From Phoronis australis (lineage: Eukaryota > Animalia > Phoronida), in contig NMRA01000046.1 in NCBI GenBank assembly GCA_002633005.1, forward strand, positions 1,247,461 through 1,311,460: 64,000 nt of DNA, in the 5' to 3' direction. The position numbers and the translations under genes were made by a program. The notes below the pieces were generated by a model. The model did no database searches, had not been told where the DNA came from, and saw nothing but the letters and a program-made list of their open reading frames with translations. Shown here in pieces: positions 14,301-26,868 of this stretch (within the stretch, counting starts at the first letter, position 1; every line of letters starts with the position of its first letter).

Positions 14301-16399
14301 GAGGCTGAATGAGGTTACCTGGAGGAAAGCCACGTGCCGAAACTGGACCTTTTTTACAAGCGCTTATATAGGCTATTGAAACAAGATCTCTGTGAAATGA
14401 AAACCAAAAACATCTGGTATAAATACCTGTCCTTTCTCACTGAGTGACATTAACATTTCCTTTCAGAAGAAAGGCTTTATACTAATGGTAAAAACTTTTC
14501 AATTTGGTACACATTATGGGGAAACGACATTCAGTGACTGCATCGATTGTCTTATTGTCAGTAAAAAGCCCGTTAATGTTACACTTTCATGATCAAATAA
14601 ATTTTTCATCAACAGGCAAGTTTGTCATTGATTATTGAAACCACAATATTTCTTCAGTTTTAAAGCCCCATACAGTGCAGTTGTGCTTATTCTTTATAAA
14701 GCTGAAATGACTAGCGATTACGCTTGCGAATTGTCGTTTTCCTGTTGACCTCTAGAAATGTGCAGCGATCAAAATGAAGTATCCTCTTTGTTTGCATTTG
14801 ATTTGTTTGTGTGTGTAATTATTTTTAGAGCTTTCTTAAGAAGGCCTTTGAACAACTTTAAGTTTTGTGATAATTTGTCCACAACAAAAATTCCACATGC
14901 AAGAAAAGTATATAAAGAAACAACATTGTTAAAAACAATTGTAATTATTCCCACGCAGTGGAGTCCATAATCAGGCATATCAAAGGCTGAATTTCTGAAT
15001 TAGGTTCAATTGCTGAAGGATTACTTTTCGCTTTGTCCAAAGGTAAAATAGATGATCAGGCGGCTGGTTTCAGTCGTTTTCTCTCACCTGTAACAGAATA
15101 GTCAGAGCAATATTACCAAATTATAAAAGAAAACACAAGACAAAACTATTTTAGTAAGGCAGAACATACTTGACGTTTCATCTTCATGTTTATATGTAGA
15201 AACTAAATCTTTGTACCCAAGTCTTATTTAAGAACTGAATTAAACTATGTGAAACAGGCTAAAAGTGATTTAATAATGTGTATTTTTCACGACACCTAAA
15301 ATGAGCATGTGACCTCAACAAGTAAAATTCATTCTAGGTGTCAATTTTTATTCCAATGCAATGTTATGACGTTTAATGAATAGCTTATTCATGTTAATTC
15401 GGTAACTAATCTGGTTGTCCTGGGGGTGGGGTCGGCTATGAAATAAGGAAACTCACTCGTCTACAGAATTTTATTGGACATAGCATAGCTTTGAAGAGAA
15501 ACTGCTGTGAAAAAGGCACCCCTGACTTCTGATCGTCACGTACCACACACCTCTTACTTTGGGCGCATTCCCACCCTTGTAGGACAAGGTGAGTATGTGC
15601 TGCTAGCCTACCCGACATCCGAGTCCTGGGTGAGTTTCCGAAAAGAAACACTTAGTTCCATTAAATGAACCCGTTATTCAGTGGGGGTAATTGGTGGGGA
15701 TAACATCACGGAACGATGTCGATAGAAACTGGAGTGCTAAAAACTTACCAAGTAACCTTATCCTTATGTAGTCTCCCAAAGCCCCAAAGTGGCTTCGGCA
15801 TCCACACACTTTTTCTCAGTTGGTTGACCCTTTTGACCGCAATGCTCCACCAATGTAGTAACCTTAGGTCTTTTGGTAACTTGTGACCACCTGTCGAAGA
15901 CTTGCACCAGGGAAAATAGCAATAATAAGGCTTTGCGCGACGACGTATTTTGATAACAATCCGTCTTTTTACCAGCTGATTACATGCAGAGAGCGATGCA
16001 TGCGCAATTCAATCACCACTAGTACAGCAGCGACACCGCGAGGAGAATTCTCCGAATTGCCCCATTATATGACACTTCTGTCTCAGTTTTCAATTGCTAA
16101 GTATTAGATCGTCTGTAACGCAGGCGCCGATTCCTTGGCAATTACAATATCGAACATTGTTGTTATTTAACTATTTCCAGGAAACGTGACAAGTCAATGC
16201 GCAATTACCGTTGTTTTCATCTGTGTTTTCTCTTTTCGAGTAAGAAACCGTTACATTTACAACTGCTTCTTTTACTAGAGAAAACTTGTAACCTATCGCG
16301 CAAGTATATACATGTAGGATGTGATTCGCCACGTGAACAGTCTGGGTGAAGTTTTTGAAAAATCCGCCGAAAAAATGAAAGAAACTGAAAGCGTATTGG

Positions 16400-16560
16400 A
16401 TAAATACAAAACGCACCTCGATTGGCGTAGATGAAGTAATATCCCACTCGACATTAATCCGTGTGTGGACCTAGACATTCGTTCTCCGTCGATACGCGGA
16501 ATAATGTATCGTGGGATATTACTTCATCTACGCCACTCTCGGTACGTTTTGTGTATTTAT
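16400..16560. repeat. Long inverted repeat (about 50-bp arms) ending a dispersed palindromic element
   Basis: ataaatacaaaacgcacc...tggcgtagatgaagtaatatcccac pairs with gtgggatattacttcatctacgcca...ggtacgttttgtgtatttat. Confidence 0.85.
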
Positions 16561-17320
16561 TTGGGTTTAGGTTTCGAATAAAAGTGTTTTAACAAAAATG
16601 GAAGGGAAATAGTATAGCTAGTTTTTATACATAAATGTGCCTTTTTAGAATGAAGAACTTCGTTGAAATGACGGTGTCGCGCTCTGTTTTCTGTTTTAAG
16701 AGTCGTTGTCTTCCAAAATCCGGCAAAAGGAGATATCATAGGAACATGACATGTCACTAAAATCGATTTTGTGCTATGAAATTTCATCATGTGTTGAAAG
16801 AGCTTAAAAATAGCATTATTTGTTTTTTGGTCTTTGTTTAAAAAAATTTGAGCCAAAAATTATTCGTTTGTTTTTCCGTGGAACTTGACATACTGGAAAG
16901 AGTAAAAATTCGCCATGATCAGTTAAAATTTCAGAGGCTTATTTGTCTGCTAAAATGGCAATGTAAAAAATTGCATTGTTCTCTCTCCGCAAATCGAATG
17001 ATAATTTAAAGTGTCTCCCATTTCCCATGTTTTTTAATCATCCAAGCCACCGAATTACGTTTACGTGACCTGCTTGTAAACATTAAGACTAAAACATCAC
17101 TTGTAGCTTTTGTTCCCGAAAAAGTGCTAATGGGCACATTTCCTCCCTTTGTTTCCGACACAAAGACCATGGACACTTACTGACTTTAGGCACTTAATTG
17201 AAAATCCCCGGTACAATCTTGCATTTGTGATATAAAATTTGCTTCACTAGGTGTACTATGCTGTGGATCAGCTGTGGTAACCATATCGTTTTCATTGTTT
17301 GCTGTGTTCGAATATTTTAG

Positions 17321-17599
17321 TCGTATGAATGGTAGCGTAGATTTCAACAAGAACTGGACTGACTACAAATACGGCTTTGGTGACAAGTCCAACGAATTTT
17401 GGCTAGGCAATGAATTTCTCAATTCATTCACGAAAAACAAGGATCTTGTTTTGAGAATTGAACTTGGAGACTGGAACTTAAGGAAAGTTTACGCTGAATA
17501 TACAAGATTCCGCGTTGCCGACGAGAGGGATTTCTATCGACTGACAATTGGAAAATACAGCGGAACGGCTGGGGACGCTCTTCACTTTGGACTGATTAA
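17321..17599 (+). CDS. FReD gene exon
   Basis: ttttAG 17319-20. The phase-2 join CG|T restores FQRRMNGSVDF, followed by WTDYKYGFGDKSNEFWLGNE...LRIELGDW...YSGTAGDAL. Donor GTAAGC at 17600. Confidence 0.93.
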
Positions 17600-18085
17600 G
17601 TAAGCGAAGTGTTTTTATTCACGATTCATGATTTTCTGAGCTCCATCTCCTCTAATCAGTTGTTTGGCTCAAGTTCTGTTACGGGTCATCGCCTAGCAGA
17701 AAACAAAAATCTTATTGGTCAACCAAAACAATCTTACTGTCTTCCGACAACAGCACCAGAAACGCGTTATTGGATTAGTTAAATCCTGAAAAGGGTGTGC
17801 AGGCAAAAAAAAAACTCCGTTGAGAAATAGGCTAGTCTCACTACACAACAATCAGTCGCCATTTCCCGTGAATACGTAGCATAGCAGCTGTTGGTTTTGG
17901 TTCTTCGGATAAGAAATCTAAACTTGTTTAAATCGACAACTAAACTGGACGAAATGCAGCAGTTTTCTGCTTGTGACATGCTTTGTTGATCTTTTTCATC
18001 GAAGTCGTATATGTGGCGCGTGGCTTATAGTAACGGAGATACCATGTAGTATATGAATCGTTTCTAATGTTTTAAAATTTCATAG

Positions 18086-18260
18086 TGGTTGGTACACAAT
18101 GGCTCATGCAGACATGAAGTTCTCAACAGCCGACAATGACAACGATAACTGGATCAACAACTGCGCTGCTACCTACCACTCAGGCTTTTGGTATAACGGA
18201 TGCTATTCAGCCAATCTGAACGGACGTTACGTGCAAGGCGGGTATTACGACAGCGAAGAT
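18086..18260 (+). CDS. FReD gene exon
   Basis: catAG 18084-85, phase 2. Reads GWYTMAHADMKFSTADNDNDNWINNCAATYHSGFWYNGCYSANLNGRY...SED. Donor GTGAGT at 18261, phase 0. Confidence 0.93.
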
Positions 18261-20038
18261 GTGAGTATGCTTTGCATTTTTATGGACACGTGATGTATGT
18301 TGCTGGATACAATTTTTTGTGGGCTCACATTGCTGTTCATCGAAGCGTCGTTGAAGCTCAAAAAGCACTTGCAACGTTTTCATGGAATGCCTTCTGTTGG
18401 CGAATCTACCGTCCACGGGTGTTTCATGGATTTAAAACCGCTCAGGAAACGGAAAAATTTATAAAAAAACGCCGCTAGCACAGTGAAACGGCACTTCTTA
18501 TACACTAAACATCCCTTAGCCAAAACTGTAGAGAATCCCCGGATTCCTATTGTCATCACGACGGTTGTCCTTGCACCGTGTTCAATAGCAAGGCGAATCT
18601 GTTGTTACACTATGTAAGTCTTGACTATTAAAAACTAAGGGTACATTTTGTTCTATACTGTCCAGGAAATTGAACACAATCGATACACAAAACTCTCAAG
18701 CATCAGTTTAAGCAAATAATTGGAAATTCTTGATAATTGGCTTATTATCTTATGAGGTATCATGCAATGAAAAGCACTGTTTTAACAAAAAAGGTACATA
18801 ATCAAAAAGAGTACTGTTATAGAATAACTGAATTACGAAGTGCAGCCTCAAGGCTTCGCTGCAGATAACTTGTCAGTGGATCACATTACTTTAACATGGT
18901 TTTGAATTAACATGGTTTTGAAATGTTTGTTAAATTTTTGTATCTGAGTGATTCACTTAAAATGTTCTATAACTGCTCGTTAAAGTTGATTTCCCTTTAC
19001 ATTCACCAATATATAACACAGGATGAGTTTCGCCATGTTTACGTTTGCCTTATTTTACTATCAATTTAAAAAAGTTAAAGTGGGCGGGTTTCCACTGAAG
19101 CCTCTTTACAGATGTCTGCAGTTGAGTTAGTACCTACAATTCATTAGTAATCTATCGTCTGTCAATAGTTACGGCTGCCGTTTTAGGTGGTGGTGCGATT
19201 AAATTAAAAAAAAAGCCGGTTGTGTTGAATAAGCATTATTTAGGCTTACATTTCAACTTAATTAGCGTGTGTTGACATCAGTTTTATGAAGTTATTAGGT
19301 AGAATGAACTGTAGAAATTTTCGTCACAGGGGCATTCCCTTTTTGCTCGCAACCTACATGTAAATGCAGACAATGAAAGAAGGTAATCAGACACATACAA
19401 AGCCACTAGACTTTTAGCGCTTTGACGATTTCCATCCTCAGACATGTCATTGGTGTTGGCATGAATTAAACACTAGTCAAAAGTGTACCGGTACCACAGC
19501 GAACCTGTCCAAACGTTGACCACTCCAATTCAAAGTCTGGTGACCCTTTAGTTCCATTTAACGGTAGCAAACTTTGTGTCATGATGGAAAAGAAAGTCTT
19601 TTAAGCAAATTTGTGAGATCTATCTAGTTTCCTGCTTTAAAGTGTTTTTTGTAAAAACGAATGAAATGAAACTTTGACATTTCAATCTCAAGTCATCTCT
19701 CTGAAACTTGAACCATTTTGTTATCTTCTGTTAGCCAGAGTAGCCAGAGTGCTCTTTCGTATGGTCATATTATACTCTCGCCGTAGTATGAAACTCCCTA
19801 AGATACCCGCCAAATAATTACAGATGAATTTTCCGAACAAAGAGACGGCCATTCTTTCAATTTCTTTGAATTCAGGGCCAAACAAATAAACAACAGAAGA
19901 CACACTTGGTTTTAGCAGTATGGACTGAGAAAACTCGAACGTTAAAACATTTCTGTTTTTAAACGTACTTAACGCAACTGTACACTGGGGATACCCTACA
20001 TGTACCTATCGTGCTGACTGTCTACATTTTATCTACAG

Positions 20039-20143
20039 ATACAAGACGGCATTGAGTGGTTTCCATGGAAGAGAAGACGATACTCTATGAAGACAGTCGA
20101 GATGAAATTTAGAAGTGTTAAGAAAACACTGTATTCCCCATAG
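20039..20143 (+). CDS. FReD gene terminal coding exon
   Basis: ctacAG 20037-38. Reads IQDGIEWFPWKRRRYSMKTVEMKFRSVKKTLYSP*, matching the FReD C-terminal G..W..W...YS.K...MK.R. Not in the ORF track. Confidence 0.9.
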   Translation: MQDGIEWFPWKRRRYSMKTVEMKFRSVKKTLYSP

Positions 20144-20450
20144 TCATGTAGAACGAAACAGTTCCTGTATCAGAGTAGCTACACAATAAACACTGTATTC
20201 CCCATAGTCATGTAGAACGAAACAGTTCCTGTATCAGAGTAGCTACACAATAAACACTGTATTCCCCATAGTCATGTAGAACGAAACAGTTCCTGTATCA
20301 GAGTAGCTACACAATAAACACTGTACTCCCCATAGTCATGTAGAACGAAACAGTTCCTGTATCAGAGTAGCTACACAATAAACACTGTACTCCCCATAGT
20401 CATGTAGAACGAAACAGTTCCTGTATCAGAGTAGCTACTCAATAAACACT
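20124..20450 (+). repeat. Minisatellite, 5 x 64 bp, overlapping the FReD stop codon and 3' UTR
   Basis: Unit aaacactgtattccccatagtcatgtagaacgaaacagttcctgtatcagagtagctacacaat. 'cact' recurs at 20127, 20191, 20255, 20319, 20383 and 20447. Each unit junction forms AATAAA. Confidence 0.97.
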
Positions 20451-20637
20451 TGCTGCAATTCATCGTTACAACACTTGATAAATGTGTGTTTGTGAAGTCC
20501 AATGAACCTGTCGCGTTATTACTTTTTGCTAAATCTGATGCCAGTTTCACTCTAAATATTTTGACATGACGATACATTGTATGTCTCGCTTCAAGTGATG
20601 TTACATATTATCTTGGTTTCTAGACTGTGACTGTTAA

Positions 20638-20910
20638 CATGGACACACCCAGGGGGGCGGGGGGAGCTCGGGGAAGCTCAAACGAGCCCCCCAATGTGGC
20701 GAATTGGGCAAAAAGGTCCACCTCAGTGAAGAAAAAGTCCGAGTAAACGACACAAAAGTCCACAAAGTACACAGGATATCGGCGCAGATGCATAATTTGT
20801 AGGCGTGAACCTAGTGGCCCCTTTTTTAATCCTCGTTGATTTTGTTCAGTAAAAGGTCTCCATATCGAGAAATTCGAGCCCCCCTATATTTTAAGATAGG
20901 TGCGCGCATG
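20638..20910. mobile_element. MITE (same family as 1209-1448)
   Basis: CATGGACACACCCAG...GGTGCGCGCATG; flanks gttaa/gttac; shared internal gaaattcgagcccc. Confidence 0.75.
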
Positions 20911-22184
20911 GTTACAGATCCAATTGAACATTAATATCTACGTGAACTTTCGGAATGCTTTGTTTATGTTAGTGGAGTCCTTTCGTCGAGTTGAAAAGCC
21001 TTAAAGACATACTTTGACAATCATTGTTCTCAGAGTAGAAACGTGACGCTTTGTAAGTTTATCATTGGAAGACATGTAAGAGATACGTCACTCAGGCCAA
21101 GTTGAGAATGAGTTCCATTTTTGTTTTATTGCAGGGTATATGACAATATTAGAGAAAAATTTGTTGATACTTTTCACACTACATTTAGCCTAGACCCAAA
21201 TCATTTTTGAAAAGTAGATTTTATGTCTGTTTTGTTATGAAAGTACCATACGTTCTTTAACGAAATATCCCAGGGCTGCTTTTTCAATACGAAAATTAAA
21301 AAACTTTAGCCAAACTTAAGAACTCTTTCTTGAAACGGGCTTGAGACAAGTTTAGGCTGAAATTTAAAGAGCTACTATGCTGCAAAAATTACTATTTTTC
21401 TATCTAAAATATATGTATTAATGAAAAACATCAACATAGGGTGTCATAGCATACCCCAGTCGTTAACTAAGTAGGCATTTCACAATACAGTAGCCCATCA
21501 CGCGCCCCAATTTGGGGAAAAACTTGAGATGGCGCTTGCACCAATCGAAGTCTATGACATCATCGACACAACGAATTTGGCTTTCATGGTGTCTTCATCG
21601 TATTGGAATCAACGACAACTGGCCGTTTAATTTAGTGCAAAATAGGTGGCAAATCAAGGAAACACATTAATTGTTCATTTGATGTCAATTTATATTCAAT
21701 TTATTAAAATTGTTACTTCTAGAACTTTTTATTGAATTATTTAGCACACGTTCTAATACGGGCCTGTACGGGAAGACCCGTAAGGATGACTGAGGTCGCC
21801 TAAACAGTCGAAAAAACTCTTCGTCCGAATTGTTAGCAGGCAATTTCACAAAGTTTATTATAAAGTGTAGTTTGCTTGATACAAAAACGTTGATGTTAGA
21901 AACTTTGCATTCATGTCTTCTTGAAACCGAAGGTGTGAACTCTTCGCTATTCCGATACGGATCGCTGACTAGTGTGTATCAAGTGTTGGAATCGGCGACG
22001 ATAGGCCGTTTAATTTGAAGCAAAATGCACTGCTTGCTTAGAAGCTCTCTGTTTTGTGACGAAACTTGCACAAAATGTAAAGTGCATAGTAACCAAAATT
22101 TCAAACCTGTACGACTGAATTGCGCATCCAATTTTTACCCAAAATACATATACCCAACCGAGCCGATGTAGCATTAATTATGAC

Positions 22185-24707
22185 CCCATTTATGCCCAGC
22201 GTCCCATTTGTGGGACACTACAAAAATGCTGTCCTAAATAACGAAAATTCAATTCTATCTGAATTTACTCTGGTGTAGTGTTTGCTTGGGAATGTACGCA
22301 GAAGGCCATTTGCAACAATTGGAATTATTATCCCCACTTTCACTCACGTAATTGTGCTATTGTGACGCCACGCCTGCATGGTTTAGAGGTTTTCAACATG
22401 TCTCAAAGAAGGTAAGCAAAAATTTAATTCAAATCATGAAATTTTCAGTTTATTGCAATTCACTTAGTAGAATAATGTGTCTAGAGTTCATAGAAAGCTA
22501 TAATTATTTGTTTTCACAAATTTTGTAAAAAATAAATGCCCTTTGAAAACGTCCCACAAAAGAGAGGCTGGGCACAAATGGTTGCTCCTGGTAATATCAT
22601 TATTCACATTTTATTTGGCAGGAATCTTACTGTAAATGATGCTGTTGCCTTGCTGGAAGATGATGGAGCATTTCAACGAGCTGATATTTTTATGACCCCA
22701 CCTTCAGATGGTGGTATAACAGATGAGGACAGTGGAGATGAAGACAGCGGTGGAAATATAGATAATGTTCCTGGTCGTCTCCTTACTGCTGCAGCGTCTG
22801 TAACAGTTATCATCAACACACGTCAACGAATGGAAGACAGTAGTGACAGCTCTGATGATGAACCACCTCCACCCAAACAACAGAGAACAAACAGTACTAC
22901 CAAAAAGGCAAAAAAGCAAAGGACTGCAGGAACCTGTGTCAAACAGGACATCACAGCCCATGACAAATTTCTGTGGCGTCAACAACCAACAGCAAACTTT
23001 GACAACTTACCGCAGACTCCAACAGGATTGTTCGAGTTGTTTTTTTCTGATGATGTAATTGATATGATTGTGTAAGAGACGGTGCGCTATGCTGGAAGTA
23101 AAGGTGCTCATGATTTCACTGTTACCCAAGATGAGATGAAATCGTTCATTGGCATACTCCTGGTATCCGGATACTCATCGACACCTAGGCGTAGAATGTA
23201 TTGGTCTCTTGACGATGATTTGCACAACACAGCAGTAGCCAACACTATGTCTCGCAACAGGTTCGAGATAATAATGCGTTACTTGCATTTAGTAGACAAC
23301 AATCGCCTGGATGGCGCTGACAAAATGGGAAAGGTGAGACCTCTGATGGCGGCTATCAATGAGAAATGTCTCATCTATTTCAGCCGAGAGCAAAACCTGT
23401 CAATTGACGAGTCGATGATCCCCTACTACGGGTGACACCGGGCCAAACAGTTTATTCGCGGCAAACCCATCAGATTCGGATTCAAAATCTGGGCGTTGAC
23501 AACTGTTTTAGGATACGTGGTTCAGTTTGAATCATATCAAGGAAAACGAGGTCAGCAGACGAGTGATACCGCAGGGTTTGGTATGGGGGTGGAGTCGTGC
23601 TTGATCTGTTGGCTGAGCTACCACAGGACAGACCATACCACCTGACCTTTAACAACTTGTTCACCTCACTGGACTTGGTTGACGAGCTCTCGAGAGAAGG
23701 CATTGCCTGCACTGGCACAATCCGTGCAAATCGTCTGGGAGACTGTCCCCTGACAGCAGTGAAGGAGTTCCAGAAGACACCTCTTGGTACATATGACTAC
23801 TCATACGATGCCGCGAACAATGTATGTGTTGTCAGGTGGAATGACAACAGCATTGTCAATATATTGTCCAATATTCACGGAGTTGCCCCCTTACAAAGAG
23901 CAAAGAGATGGTCTTGCGCAGAGAGCCAGCGCATACGGATTGACCAACCCTTTGTGATAAGTCACTACAATCAAACCATGGGTGGCGTCGACAGAATGGA
24001 TCAAAACATAGATAAGTACAGGGTCTCGATACGATCAAAGAAATAGTGGTGGCCGATTTTCGCCTATTGTATAGATCTTTGTGTACAGCAAGTATGGCAC
24101 CTCTACAGAGCAACCGAAAGTGGAAAGGAGCAGCACAAAGATCTCCTGGAGGTTCGGCGCGAAATTGCTAATGTGTTACTTATGAAGGGGAAACGAGTCA
24201 CTCAGTATGTTCCTAAATCCGTGCCTTGCTCAAAGAAAGTATTGCCTGATGTCAGATTTGACAGAGTGGACCACTTCATTAACACAAGAGACACCCAGAA
24301 GCGATGTGCAGTTTGTAAAACTAAGACAAAGCGCTTTTGTGTGAAATGCGATGTTATCCTTCACGACAAATGCTTTATGGCGTTTCATATTGCACAATAA
24401 AGATACTTGATACAACATTCTCATCAATTTTTGTCTTTTGTTTTACTTTCTACAATATCTTAGTATCCAAAAACAATCAATATCATACTACATCTTTCAT
24501 TTTTACTGGTTGTAGTAGGCATTTCTGTTGGTGGTTAATAGACCCCACATGTTCCCAGCGTCCCCTTTGTGGGACGAAAATAAAAACGTCAAAAAACGTA
24601 AAATAAAAACTTCTTTGCATTTTTCCTTATTCGTTATGTTCAATGTATGTCTAAAGGCACATAATATCTGAATATGCAATGAAAACGCGTAGTTGGGCAT
24701 AAATGGG
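22185..24707 (+). mobile_element. piggyBac transposon (PGBD2/PGBD3-like), full length, defective
   Basis: 14-bp TIR CCCATTTATGCCCA / TGGGCATAAATGGG. Subterminal GTCCC..TTGTGGGAC motifs at about 22201, 22551 (inverted) and 24560. Encloses the transposase. Confidence 0.93.
22398..24400 (+). pseudogene. piggyBac transposase pseudogene with a 5' intron (22412-22621)
   Basis: MSQRR|NLTVNDAVALLEDD...DEDSGDED resembles the PGBD3 N-terminus. Contains SIDESMIPYYG, GKPIRFGFKIW, TFNNLF (catalytic D replaced by N), MGGVDRMDQ and the C-terminal CAVC..CVKC..HDKC..FH. Stops at 23073, 23433 and 24044; frameshift near 23570. Confidence 0.9.
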
Positions 24708-25523
24708 TTATGACCCCGTGAAAAATGACCCCGGTTAGTTTTTTTCATAAGGTCTAAATTTAATGTGAAGAATTTTCAGCCCATGAAAAAATGACACCAC
24801 GTCCGTGAAAACCTGTCCCGACATTACTCAACGGCTCCCCCGCAGAGGGTTGGGATAAGCAGACAGCGTTCGTGAGAAAAGAATTTATTTTAAATTTCTC
24901 GGCTGAGTCGCGCAGTACGTATATACGGGGATGGGTAAGAACGGTCGGAAATAATGTGTGGGAGCGGGGCTGATCTCTATTTGAGCATACAATTACACGG
25001 TGTGGGGATACTAAAAAGCGCCAACAAGTGCCTGGTGCTTGATTGGGGGGACTTCAGATCTATGAGAGAGGAATACCGTGCGTGAGAGAAGAATATTTGT
25101 ACGCTGGCAATTCCGAGCGATTCACAAGAAAGAAACTGAGTCTGTGTTCTTTGCTTTTTACATTACCGCGTTCTCCCGTTGAATCTAACTTGTTAACTTG
25201 TATATCACAAGTTGAGCGGATGATTGCTGTAGCCAATATCAATTAAATAATAATTTTGCGCGTTCTCAGTGGATTCTCTTGAAAATAAAACGAAAAAGTA
25301 AAACGCTCGCAGTGGACTGAAGGCGTACAGCCGCTCAGGCCACTCGAGAATCTGTCACTGGTTGCGATCTTCTAATAGTTTTATATTTTACTTGTCGACT
25401 GATTAACTCTTAAAAAACGCATATAAGTGCTACGTCACATGTTTTTGTATGTTTCTGGAAAAAATCACACACTTCGGCACTCTCCAATCTGCAGTAGCGC
25501 GTGCGCCCGGTCTATAGTATTAA

Positions 25524-25698
25524 AGGAGAATGCCACCCGATTTAATTAGTCTTTTTTACCGTCTTAATCGGTCTATATCCACATCGCCGCTTATACGGTC
25601 GACCTCACCTTGTCGAGAGGTGTCGCGTTAACCTGTGAGGAAAGTGAGAAACGACGCAGCGACGTCAGTGGTTCGTCTGCAGAGTGAATGCCGCTATA
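25524..25698 (+). mobile_element. Kolobok-like family A, 5' fragment
   Basis: TTAA|AGGAGAATGCCACCCG followed by about 170 bp matching the 1055 and 60132 copies. Confidence 0.8.
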
Positions 25699-26167
25699 CA
25701 TGACAGCGTTGTCCCGTTCAGTGACATAGCCAGACGTAGGGAGTGCTGAGCATGTGATAACATCTAGCTTCTTTGTTAAATGCCAAGCACAATCTTTTGT
25801 CTGTTATGACAACAGGCAGGCCAATTATCTACCGGGGTTATTACAGACCACATGCACGTGAACACAGTCAAACCCAGAAAGAATTAGTGTATTGGGAAAG
25901 AAGAGATTGTCGTAATTTCGGTTGCAGTTAGTCCATTTTGGCGATTCAAAAACTAAACATGATCACCATTTGACGAAGATTTCAGAAATGCTATTGGTTC
26001 AAAAATGTTTTAACTTAACTTTTATTTTTAACAGCACAGCTCCGTCAGGTTAGATAGGATCATATTGGGGATTAGTGCTCTGATAGTGTCCTAGTTACTT
26101 TAGCATTTAAAAAGATTATAACGACTACAAAAATGCCGTTTGCTTGCTAATGTGTTGTTGCTCTGTA

Positions 26168-26511
26168 TATATATAGATTATTACATGGCGAAGTCGTTAT
26201 CCCCCGTTATCTAGAGCCCGAGTGGATTTTGGAGAATTATCGCCCGAGGGGCGTCAGCCCCGAGGGTGATAATTCTACAAAATCCACGAGGGCTCTAGAT
26301 AAGGGGGATAACGACTGAGAACATGTAATAATCTATTTATACCACATACTAAACGAGAAACATTGCAATGAATCGATCTACCTTTCTCGACTCGCCTCGG
26401 CTTTGTAACTACTTTCTATGTCAGAGGCCCGGGGTCGGAGGTCGTGACCTTTTAAGAAAAGCCGAGCTATTTTTGTCAAATAATGCTTATACTCAAAACC
26501 AATTGGAAATT
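26168..26511. mobile_element. Element with a 174-bp terminal palindrome (Crypton-like, inferred), cut by the assembly gap
   Basis: 26168-26341 folds back: tagattattacatg..gtcgttatcccc..tatctagagccc..gtggattttg..gaattatc..ccgagggg, then its reverse complement. The left arm recurs at 35117-35195. Confidence 0.7.
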
Positions 26512-26868
26512 NNNNNNNNNNNNNNNNNNNNNNNNNNNNNNNNNNNNNNNNNNNNNNNNNNNNNNNNNNNNNNNNNNNNNNNNNNNNNNNNNNNNNNNNN
26601 NNNNNNNNNNNNNNNNNNNNNNNNNNNNNNNNNNNNNNNNNNNNNNNNNNNNNNNNNNNNNNNNNNNNNNNNNNNNNNNNNNNNNNNNNNNNNNNNNNNN
26701 NNNNNNNNNNNNNNNNNNNNNNNNNNNNNNNNNNNNNNNNNNNNNNNNNNNNNNNNNNNNNNNNNNNNNNNNNNNNNNNNNNNNNNNNNNNNNNNNNNNN
26801 NNNNNNNNNNNNNNNNNNNNNNNNNNNNNNNNNNNNNNNNNNNNNNNNNNNNNNNNNNNNNNNNNNNN
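26512..26868. other. Assembly gap (357 N)
   Basis: Run of N. Confidence 1.

Noticed and set aside
20124-20450. CRISPR-like array
   Set aside because: The units are contiguous and near-identical with no unique spacers, there are no cas genes, and the context is eukaryotic.
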